From positions 1 through 20,312 of the forward strand of contig JAEOTX010000179.1 of the NCBI GenBank assembly GCA_016839605.1: a stretch of 20,312 nt of DNA. Reading direction: 5' to 3'. The notes beneath the pieces are model-generated. The model was given only the letters and a program-made list of their open reading frames with translations, made no database searches and was not told the origin of the DNA. This stretch comes from Candidatus Thorarchaeota archaeon (GTDB lineage: Archaea > Asgardarchaeota > Thorarchaeia > Thorarchaeales > Thorarchaeaceae). The position numbers and the translations under genes are program-made. Positions 8,007-15,743 of the stretch are shown here, one piece after another. Position 1 is the stretch's first letter. Each line of letters opens with the position of its first letter.

Positions 8007-9323
8007 ATGCAAGATGTGATTCCATCTCTCATAACAGATGTACTTCTGATAGAGCTGGGACTTGCTTTCGTACTTCTGGTGTCTGTTGTGCTCTACAGAT
8101 ACTCTGTCAATGTGACGTTCCGATATTGGGCAATAGGCTGGACAATCTTTGGATTCAGTGTCCTTACTTCCGTCATCCGTGAGAGCACAATCACAACGTT
8201 GCTTGATGTCCTTTCACTAACAATGATGTCAATTGCAGCCATCATCATTCTTGTTGCATCAACAGATCAAATAGGGGTCAAAGACAACAGACCGATTTAT
8301 GCTTCTGCTGTCAGCATGACTCTTCTTCTGACCCTGCTGTCTGCTCTACTCTCAATCTCCATAGCTTTTCCTATTGTGCCAGTAGAGCTAATTCTTGCTT
8401 ATGCAGCTTTGAGTACCGTAAACCAGATTCTGAACTCTGAAGAGCGCTTGGGGATGACAGGGGCCCTCTTGGTGATAGGATTCTTCGCATGGGGTTTGTC
8501 AGGTCTTCTCTATCTTCTCCTTCTTGCAGTCCCAATAGCATCCTTTGCTGTTGCAGTTCAGACTACTGCTTTCATCTGGGTGGGAGCCAGCATGATGGCT
8601 TACTACATCCAACTGATGGAGTCTGCCTCAAGAATGCAGTATGAGATCTCAGAAGTCATGTCACATCTTCTTCAGCACGATATTCGCAACTACGTTCAAA
8701 CTGCCAGTCTAGCACTAGAGGCCCATAGTATGACGGACTCTCTTCCTGACTCACTACTGAAGGTTGCCTCGAAAGCAATGGAAGATGCAGTGGTATTCAT
8801 TGAAAAGATGCGCCAGGTGTCTGTGTCTCTCTCACGTGTGGAATCAAGTATTGGTCCCATAACAATTGCACCCATGGTTAGGAATGCTGCATCGAGAGTC
8901 CAGAGAGAGTATGGTGAGGATGGAGCTAACATAAGCATCCAGATTCAAGAAGAATCAATGGTGAATTCAAACCCTTTAGCTGAAGAACTCCTCTGGAATA
9001 TCATTGACAATGCCGTGAAGCAAGGAAGTCACGTAGTTGAGATAAGCTGTCCTCAATGTGATGAACGGACTACAACAATCCAAGTTACTGACTATGCTGG
9101 AGGAGTGTCGAGAGATATAATGGCCTATCTGAATTCTCCGATGAAAAATTCCACCAACAGCGCTCCCGGAAAAGGACTAGGCTTGATGCTGATTAAGAGA
9201 CTGTCAGAATTATGTGGTGCAAAGACTCGGGCTTCAGATACCATCCGAGAGACTGGAATAGTGGGGACCACATTTCGAATAGTATTTTCATCAAGCACCT
9301 CTTCAGTTCCCATTCTGCCATAG
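8007..9323 (+). CDS. Membrane sensor histidine kinase (~7 TM + HisKA + HATPase_c)
   Basis: About seven hydrophobic N-terminal segments, H-box QHDIRN, N-box NIIDNAVK, G1 VTDYAGG and G2 GKGLGL. ATG at 8007 follows GGTGGGG; TTG at 7992 is the alternative start. Confidence 0.9.
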   Translation: MQDVIPSLITDVLLIELGLAFVLLVSVVLYRYSVNVTFRYWAIGWTIFGFSVLTSVIRESTITTLLDVLSLTMMSIAAIIILVASTDQIGVKDNRPIYASAVSMTLLLTLLSALLSISIAFPIVPVELILAYAALSTVNQILNSEERLGMTGALLVIGFFAWGLSGLLYLLLLAVPIASFAVAVQTTAFIWVGASMMAYYIQLMESASRMQYEISEVMSHLLQHDIRNYVQTASLALEAHSMTDSLPDSLLKVASKAMEDAVVFIEKMRQVSVSLSRVESSIGPITIAPMVRNAASRVQREYGEDGANISIQIQEESMVNSNPLAEELLWNIIDNAVKQGSHVVEISCPQCDERTTTIQVTDYAGGVSRDIMAYLNSPMKNSTNSAPGKGLGLMLIKRLSELCGAKTRASDTIRETGIVGTTFRIVFSSSTSSVPILP

Positions 9324-9383
9324 AGTTTGGTTTATCAGTGAGTACATAGGGTGAATCTCAGTAGGAATGCAGGTTATCGGTGC

Positions 9384-10991
9384 ATGAAGATGATTCACAT
9401 TTCTGAGGTTGCTAAACGAGCAGGTATTCCAGAGGAATATCTTGAGCAGTATGGAAAATACATGGCAAAAATCGACTTGACCATTAGGAAGAGTCTAGGT
9501 GAGCGCAAGGGCAAGCTTATCCTTGTCACTGCTACTAATCCAACTCCAGCTGGAGAAGGGAAGACAACGAACTCAATTGGACTCTCAATGGCTCTCAACG
9601 CATTGGGTCACAATACCGTTGTCACATTAAGGGAGCCCTCACTTGGACCAGTATTTGGAGTGAAAGGAGGGGCTGCGGGAGGTGGAAAGTCACGGGTTCT
9701 GCCTTTCGAACAGATCAACTTGATGTTTACAGGTGACTTTCCAGCTGTATCAGCTGCGCATAATCTTCTCTCCGCGATGATAGACAATTACATTCATCAC
9801 GATCATCAGCCTGAGATTGATGTAAGGCGGACCTATTGGCCACGAAATCTTGACATGAATGATCGAGCTCTCAGAAAGGCGATCGTGGGACTTGGAGGCA
9901 GATTCGATGGTTTTCCCCGAGAGGACCGCTTTGTTATTACTGCTGCCTCTGAGGTAATGGCAATCCTTGGCCTTTCAAGGGACTATTCAGACCTCAAGCA
10001 GCGCCTGGGGAACATTCTCATCGCGAGGTCAGAACAGCTCAAAGAGATGTTTGCTAGAGACCTGAAAGCTGAAGGTGCAATGACCGTTCTTCTACGTGAT
10101 GCCCTGAAACCGAATCTTGTCCAGACCATCGAGGGAACCCCTGCAATCATTCATACGGGACCCTTTGCTAACATTGCTCACGGAACCAGTTCTATCATCG
10201 CCACTGACATCGCTTTACGGCTCTTTGATTATGTTGTAATAGAGGCTGGATTTGGAGCTGACCTGGGTGCTGAGAAATTCTTCAACATAGCCACCCGTGC
10301 AGGGGAGTTCAATGTTGATGGATGTGTTGTCATTACGACAATCCGAGCCCTCAAGCATCATGGCAAAAAGGACCTAGCAAAGGGATTTCCGAATCTAGAG
10401 AAACATATGGAGAATATTAACAACTTCGGAGTTCCCGCTATTGTAGTGCTCAATCGGTTCCCAGATGATACTGAAGAAGAGATCGAGCTTCTCCGTAAAT
10501 ACTGTCAAGAACGGGGTTGGAAGATGGAGGTTTCGGAGGTGTTTGCCAAGGGCAGTGAGGGTGGAAAAGCGGCTGCAGAGGCAATTATTGAAGCTATCGC
10601 AGAGAATCCCACAAAGGGCATCAACTACACCTACGACCTTGATGACCCTATCAAGACCAAGATTCTGAAAGTTGCACAGAAGATCTATGGAGCTGATGAT
10701 GTCGACTACACAACAGGTGCTCGAGGTCGCATCCGGTCATTAGAGAAAAGAGGTTATGGCAAACTGCCAATATGTGTTGCAAAGACACAGTTCAGCCTAT
10801 CTGCAACAAAGGCTCTGAGAGGCAGACCTTCTGATTTCACCGTTGAAGTTGTTGGAGCCGACGTGAGCAATGGTGCTGGATTCATTGTCATCTACATGGG
10901 CGACATCAGACTAATGCCAGGTCTTCCCGAGGAACCAGCGGCCATTGGCATGGATGTAGATGAGGAAGGAAACATTTCTGGAGTATTCTAA
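9384..10991 (+). CDS. fhs: Formate--tetrahydrofolate ligase
   Basis: PTPAGEGKTT, REPSLGPVFGVKGGAAGGG, GPFANIAHG, EAGFGADLGAEKF, CVAKTQFSLS and MPGLP. ATG at 9384 (or 9390) is more likely than GTG at 9351. Confidence 0.97.
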   Translation: MKMIHISEVAKRAGIPEEYLEQYGKYMAKIDLTIRKSLGERKGKLILVTATNPTPAGEGKTTNSIGLSMALNALGHNTVVTLREPSLGPVFGVKGGAAGGGKSRVLPFEQINLMFTGDFPAVSAAHNLLSAMIDNYIHHDHQPEIDVRRTYWPRNLDMNDRALRKAIVGLGGRFDGFPREDRFVITAASEVMAILGLSRDYSDLKQRLGNILIARSEQLKEMFARDLKAEGAMTVLLRDALKPNLVQTIEGTPAIIHTGPFANIAHGTSSIIATDIALRLFDYVVIEAGFGADLGAEKFFNIATRAGEFNVDGCVVITTIRALKHHGKKDLAKGFPNLEKHMENINNFGVPAIVVLNRFPDDTEEEIELLRKYCQERGWKMEVSEVFAKGSEGGKAAAEAIIEAIAENPTKGINYTYDLDDPIKTKILKVAQKIYGADDVDYTTGARGRIRSLEKRGYGKLPICVAKTQFSLSATKALRGRPSDFTVEVVGADVSNGAGFIVIYMGDIRLMPGLPEEPAAIGMDVDEEGNISGVF

Positions 10992-11005
10992 TGAGGTGAG
11001 AGAAA

Positions 11006-11890
11006 GTGTCAGCAGAAGATACGCCAAAGCCAATCTGTGAAGACCATGTGATAAAGGGAAGAAGACTCTCGAAAAGGATTCGAAAGAAGGTGAAGTCTGA
11101 GGTTGAAGCCCTCACCGAGAAACATGGCCTTTCGCCTAAACTTGTCACAGTGATAGTAGGAGCGGACCCGGGTTCGCAGATGTATGTCCGAATGAAACAC
11201 AAAGCCTCAAGCAAAGCTGGCATCCTGTCAGACCATCATGACCTGCCTGAGAGTACTACTCAAGAGGAGCTCTTGGCTCTCATTAAGAAACTCAATGAGG
11301 ATCCTGAGGTCCATGGCATCCTAGTGCAATTGCCACTGCCAAAGCAGATTGATGAGAAAGCGATTATTGGAGCTATTGAGCCTCTGAAAGATGTAGATGG
11401 ATTCTCTCCACAGAACATCTACCGGCTCTTCTATGGGGGCGAGAAACTAAGTTCAGCAACACCACACGGCATTGTCACCATGTTGGACCACATTGGGTGG
11501 GGCGACCTCTCTGGAAAGCATGCGGTGATAATCAACAGGTCCACAATTGTGGGCAAACCACTCATTTTCCTCCTACTGAATCGTAATGCTACTGTAACAG
11601 TATGTCATTCACGAACAGCTGACCTTCCGAGCTTCACGAGGCAGGCTGATGTTCTTGTTAGCGCGATTGGACGAAGGGAGTCAGAAGATGATCCGTTCTT
11701 CATAACGCCCGATATGGTTAAGGAAGGTGCAGTGGTGATAGATGTTTCAACACCGCATGGTGATGTTGAATTTGAGAAAGTAAAGGAGAAGGCACTATGC
11801 ATCACACCTGTGCCAGGCGGCGTAGGACCCATGACGATTACGATGTTGCTTCAAAACGTGCTTGATGCGTTCACCGCCCAAGTTTCCTAG
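11006..11890 (+). CDS. folD: Bifunctional methylenetetrahydrofolate dehydrogenase/methenyltetrahydrofolate cyclohydrolase
   Basis: SQMYVRMK (YxxxK), GILVQLPLP, KDVDG, NATVTVCHS and ITPVPGGVGPMT; GAGGTGA RBS at 10993-10999. Confidence 0.96.
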   Translation: MSAEDTPKPICEDHVIKGRRLSKRIRKKVKSEVEALTEKHGLSPKLVTVIVGADPGSQMYVRMKHKASSKAGILSDHHDLPESTTQEELLALIKKLNEDPEVHGILVQLPLPKQIDEKAIIGAIEPLKDVDGFSPQNIYRLFYGGEKLSSATPHGIVTMLDHIGWGDLSGKHAVIINRSTIVGKPLIFLLLNRNATVTVCHSRTADLPSFTRQADVLVSAIGRRESEDDPFFITPDMVKEGAVVIDVSTPHGDVEFEKVKEKALCITPVPGGVGPMTITMLLQNVLDAFTAQVS

Positions 11891-11953
11891 TTCATCGACA
11901 CTATCCCAAACGCTTTTGTGCATCGCTGTTCCGAGCGGGCACCGGTGAATCTC

Positions 11954-13516
11954 TTGAAAATCATCGAATGCGTGCCGAACTTTTCTGAAGGAAAACGAAA
12001 GGATGTCATAGATGCACTAGCTGACACAATACGCAGTGTGGAAGGAGTCAGACTTCTTGACGTTGAGTTTGACCCGGATCATAATCGGTCTGTCTTCACA
12101 ATCATTGGCGAACCCCAGAAGGTAAAGGAAGCAGCCTTGAAAGCAGCAGAGCTGGCAGTTGAGAAGATCGACTTGACGAAGCATAAGGGTGCACATCCGA
12201 GAATGGGTGCTGTTGATGTTGTTCCCTTCATTCCACTTCACGGAACAACTATTGGAGAATGTATCGAGCTCTCGAAGGAGTTTGCAGAGGAATTTTCGAA
12301 CAAGTGCAATGTGCCAGTTTATCTCTACAACAAGTCTGCTACTCGTCCGGAAAGAGCTGATTTACCAAACATCAGAGAAGGAGAGTTTGAGGGATTAAGA
12401 AACCTCATAGGAGATGATCCCAGTAAGGACCCCGATTATGGCCCGAAGAAAAATCACCCAACAGCTGGAGCCACAGCAACAGGCGCTCGTAACTTCTTGA
12501 TTGCAATCAATTTCAACCTCAACACCACAAATCTTGAGGTGGCTAAATCCTGTGCAAATGTTGTTCGCGGACTTACTGGCGGATTTGTGAATGTCCAAGG
12601 GATTGGTCTAGATCTCCCAGCTAAGAACTGTGTACAGGTATCTTTGAACCTGACTCATCCAAGACGGACGAAGATTCACCAAGTCTTTGAAATGGTGAAG
12701 CTGGAGGCACAACGATTCGGTGCCACAGTTATTGAGACCGAGATTGTGGGCATGGTGCCATTGTTTGCTCTGCTTGATGCACTGAAGTACTATCTCCGAC
12801 CTGAGAAGCTAGATGACTCGATGATTCTTGACCTCTACTATCTCGGTGGGGCTGAGGATCCCAAGAGAAAGACGTTCAGTGAGATGTCTCTCATCGAGTT
12901 TGGTGACCAGGTCAAGAGAGCTCGAGCCACTCCTGGGGGAGGCAGTGTGGCTGCAGCAATGGGCTCATACGGTGCTGCGCTTGTTGGTATGGTGACAGGA
13001 CTCTCACTCTCAGGCAGAAGGTTTGTAGCAATCAAGGAGGAAATGCTCAAGCATCGTCATGCTGTGGATAACGACCGAGGTGTTCTCATGGATCTAGTTG
13101 AGAAGGACTCCGCGGCGTTTGATGAAGTGATGGCCACCTTCAAGATGTCTGAGGAGACCGCTCAGGAACGGAAGCAGAAGGAGAAAGCAACAGAGGCAGC
13201 TACAATCCATGCAGCAGAGGTGCCACTGGCGACAATGCGACACTCCTGCCAAGCCCTCACCCATGCTAAGGTAGCTGCGGAGAAAGGCAACATCAACTCG
13301 ATAACCGACGCGGGAGTTGCTGCACACGCACTCATGGCGGCAATTGAGGGGGCTGCACTTAACGTTCGAATCAACCTTGGGAATATCAAGGACAAGACCT
13401 TCGTCAAGAAGACAGCTGAGGACGTCGAGAAGATATTGGACGATGGAAACAAACTCAAGGATGAAGTCTTGGAGATTGTTGAAGCCCGAATGAAGGAACT
13501 AGCTGAGAGTAGCTGA
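11954..13516 (+). CDS. ftcd: Bifunctional glutamate formiminotransferase / formiminotetrahydrofolate cyclodeaminase
   Basis: Transferase motifs IECVPNFSEG, DPDHNRSV, GAHPRMGAVDVVPF and GATATGAR; cyclodeaminase motifs TPGGGS, GNINSITDAGVA and NVRINL. TTG at 11954 follows GGTGA. Confidence 0.95.
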   Translation: MKIIECVPNFSEGKRKDVIDALADTIRSVEGVRLLDVEFDPDHNRSVFTIIGEPQKVKEAALKAAELAVEKIDLTKHKGAHPRMGAVDVVPFIPLHGTTIGECIELSKEFAEEFSNKCNVPVYLYNKSATRPERADLPNIREGEFEGLRNLIGDDPSKDPDYGPKKNHPTAGATATGARNFLIAINFNLNTTNLEVAKSCANVVRGLTGGFVNVQGIGLDLPAKNCVQVSLNLTHPRRTKIHQVFEMVKLEAQRFGATVIETEIVGMVPLFALLDALKYYLRPEKLDDSMILDLYYLGGAEDPKRKTFSEMSLIEFGDQVKRARATPGGGSVAAAMGSYGAALVGMVTGLSLSGRRFVAIKEEMLKHRHAVDNDRGVLMDLVEKDSAAFDEVMATFKMSEETAQERKQKEKATEAATIHAAEVPLATMRHSCQALTHAKVAAEKGNINSITDAGVAAHALMAAIEGAALNVRINLGNIKDKTFVKKTAEDVEKILDDGNKLKDEVLEIVEARMKELAESS

Positions 13517-13582
13517 ACATTCCCCAACCGCCAACCTTTAGTGGAATAACATATGCTCATCTTTGTTACATGGGTGGTCACT

Positions 13583-14374
13583 GTGAGACTGGTTACGATA
13601 TACGGCGACGTCTTTGCTGAGCGAGTGCTGGGCAACCTAATCAATTTCAAGACCTTCTGTGATGGCTGCGCTCCAACCTGTGGTGACTGCAGAGTTGGCT
13701 ACGGGACTTATGTGGGTGATATAGTTGGAATGCATCGCATAGATGCTCCAGCCTCAAAGATGTTTGATGACCCCATGGTGATGCTTGAGGGTTTAGAGCT
13801 TATGCAGTGCGATGTACTTCTTCTTATTGGCGTCCACCACGATCTCGTTGCTTCGGCTGATGTGTTGGCACAAAAGACTGGAGCAAAGGCAATAATCGCT
13901 CCAATTGAAGATACAACTTGGTTGCCTCCTGGTCTCAGAGAACAGGTGAAGGAATCCCTTGATGCCATCGGTATAGAGTCTGCTTTTCCGAAGCCGTTCT
14001 GTACACTTACACACGGTCATGGCAAGTTGATTGACGAGTTCATCGACCGGTACAATATTGGGTGGCCTGCTTTTGATGCCACAGTTAAGAATGGGAGAAT
14101 CAGTGAGATTACAGTGACACGGTCCTCACCTTGCGGATGTGCCTGGTACGTATCTCAGAAAGTGAAAGGCCATGATGTGTCCGATATCGAGGGACTCTTT
14201 GATGTCATCGCAAAAGCTCATCATGCTTATCCTTGTACCGGCGCTATGACAGTTGATAGAGAGCTAGGAGACGCTCCACTACACATTGCAGGCTATAATC
14301 ATCGATATGCAGTATGTGATGCGATAGGGATTGATTGCAGAGGCGAGGAACCAAAACACCCACTCGCGAAGTAG
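13583..14374 (+). CDS. DUF166-family Cys-rich protein
   Basis: FAERVLGNLIN, CxxCxxxCxxC, HHDL, FPKPFC, RSSPCGC, HHAYPC and LHIAG motifs. GTG at 13583 follows GGTGG; ATG at 13553 is the alternative start. Confidence 0.85.
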   Translation: MRLVTIYGDVFAERVLGNLINFKTFCDGCAPTCGDCRVGYGTYVGDIVGMHRIDAPASKMFDDPMVMLEGLELMQCDVLLLIGVHHDLVASADVLAQKTGAKAIIAPIEDTTWLPPGLREQVKESLDAIGIESAFPKPFCTLTHGHGKLIDEFIDRYNIGWPAFDATVKNGRISEITVTRSSPCGCAWYVSQKVKGHDVSDIEGLFDVIAKAHHAYPCTGAMTVDRELGDAPLHIAGYNHRYAVCDAIGIDCRGEEPKHPLAK

Positions 14375-14381
14375 TCTACCT

Positions 14382-15449
14382 TTATTCTATACTAGCTCCT
14401 GACCCGATTTTGATACGATAAGGAATTCCGCCTGCGCCTTCAATAGCCTCAGTAACAGCGATTTCATTTCCTGGAGCAATGGCAAGCATTGTGCCACCTC
14501 CTCCACTACCATTTATCTTGCATCCAAGAGCACCAGCTGATTTTGCAGCTGATATCATTGCCTCTATCTTCTTAGTTGATCTCTTCAGACCCGTCTTCAA
14601 GAGAGAATGATGGAGATCAATCAAGTGTCCAAGCTCCTCTAGGTCTGGGTTCTGGTTCAGCAGCAATTCATAGGCTCTTTGAGTGAGGTCTCGGTTCTCA
14701 AGTGACGCTAAGGCCATTCTCCTTGCTTCTGTGGACTCTGCTGCTGAGATTTCTGTAACTCTCTTCGTGGATGTAGTTCTTTGATTGAAATCAGGAATCA
14801 CTTCTGAGATGCGCTGGTACTCTTTCTCTATTACAGTCCTTATCCTCCTGAGGTCTGCAACTGTGTCTTCTTTCTTTTCAAGAGAATCCCCGATGACCAG
14901 GCCTTCTATAACTGCAGGTAGCTGAGTCGTTTTGTAGTCCGCACCCAAATCCAAATGAATGATGCCTCCATGTACAGAAGCATAGTGGTCTTGCATACCC
15001 CCACTCTCTCCAAACTCGACGACCTCAGCTTCGAATGCTCGCACAGCCACATCTTGAGGACTCAGAATCTTCCCAGCCATTCGCGAAAAGGCATGAATTG
15101 CAGCGACTGTCAATGCAGAAGAACTGGAGAGGCCTGCGGAGATTGGAATATCGCCTGTCACTTCCAGATTCCAGCCATCTTTCGGTGATATACCCCTCCG
15201 CGATAGCACGTTGAAAGCGCTTCTGAGATAGTCTCTGGAGTGACTGTATGTGACTTCACTGTTAACTCTGAAGGAATCTTCCTCATTGAGGTCCAAATAC
15301 CTGATGCTGATTTCCAAATCGTTTCTTCGTGAACATCGAATGGTCATCGCAAGGTCTAATGCAGCAGGAATGACATCAAGTCCGAGATAGTCACTATGCT
15401 CTCCGAATAGACAAACACGTCCTGGAGCTCGTACTGAGAATCTCTCCAT
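14382..15449 (-). CDS. GHMP kinase, galactokinase-like
   Basis: APGRVCLFGEHSDY, PISAGLSSSSA and GALGCKINGSGGGG. Start is ATG at 15449 or GTG at 15452. Confidence 0.9.
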   Translation of the reverse strand: MERFSVRAPGRVCLFGEHSDYLGLDVIPAALDLAMTIRCSRRNDLEISIRYLDLNEEDSFRVNSEVTYSHSRDYLRSAFNVLSRRGISPKDGWNLEVTGDIPISAGLSSSSALTVAAIHAFSRMAGKILSPQDVAVRAFEAEVVEFGESGGMQDHYASVHGGIIHLDLGADYKTTQLPAVIEGLVIGDSLEKKEDTVADLRRIRTVIEKEYQRISEVIPDFNQRTTSTKRVTEISAAESTEARRMALASLENRDLTQRAYELLLNQNPDLEELGHLIDLHHSLLKTGLKRSTKKIEAMISAAKSAGALGCKINGSGGGGTMLAIAPGNEIAVTEAIEGAGGIPYRIKIGSGASIE

Positions 15450-15600
15450 CACCTGAGGTCTCCTAGATAATCAGGGGTGATGAAATTCATGTGACCATGC
15501 CATATAGGCATTGGTAAAGCATGCTTAGCATAATCTTGCTGAAGGTTTTCTTGTATTACTCAGTAATTTGTACAGGCAGATTGGACTTCCATATGTGTGT

Positions 15601-15740
15601 ATTGCGAAAAGCAATCATCTCCGCTGCGCCCTTGATAAACAGAGATTAGGCCCCAAAAATCTGGGTGCAGCGGGGAAACATAACTCATCTTCTGGGAGAG
15701 GAGGGATTGAGTGAAGACTCTCTGGATGCTTTACTGGAGC
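15601..15740 (+). ncRNA. Candidate structured RNA (unassigned)
   Basis: ATTGC-GAAAA-GCAAT hairpin; 14-bp GC-rich stem (15618-15631 with 15663-15676) containing two G-U pairs that form only on the + strand; inner AGATT/AATCT stem; weaker hairpins downstream. Confidence 0.3.
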
Positions 15741-15743
15741 CGG

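Noticed and set aside
15618-15676. Hairpin as a SECIS element or a glycine/THF/ZTP riboswitch
   Set aside because: It lacks the paired UGA/GA core, and no adjacent gene has an in-frame TGA. Riboswitch consensus motifs are incomplete, and the favoured strand is not upstream of a same-strand gene.
15449-15688. Minus-strand 42-codon ORF (MSYVSPLHPDF...ACTNY) whose TGA, if read as selenocysteine, would extend 36 codons to a TGATG overlap with the kinase start
   Set aside because: No RBS, no CxxU motif, no resemblance to a selenoprotein I know, and no downstream SECIS; most likely chance.
15667-15700. GCAGCGGGGAAACA resembles part of archaeal 5S rRNA
   Set aside because: The following conserved CCCATCCCGAAC...GTTAAG segment is absent.
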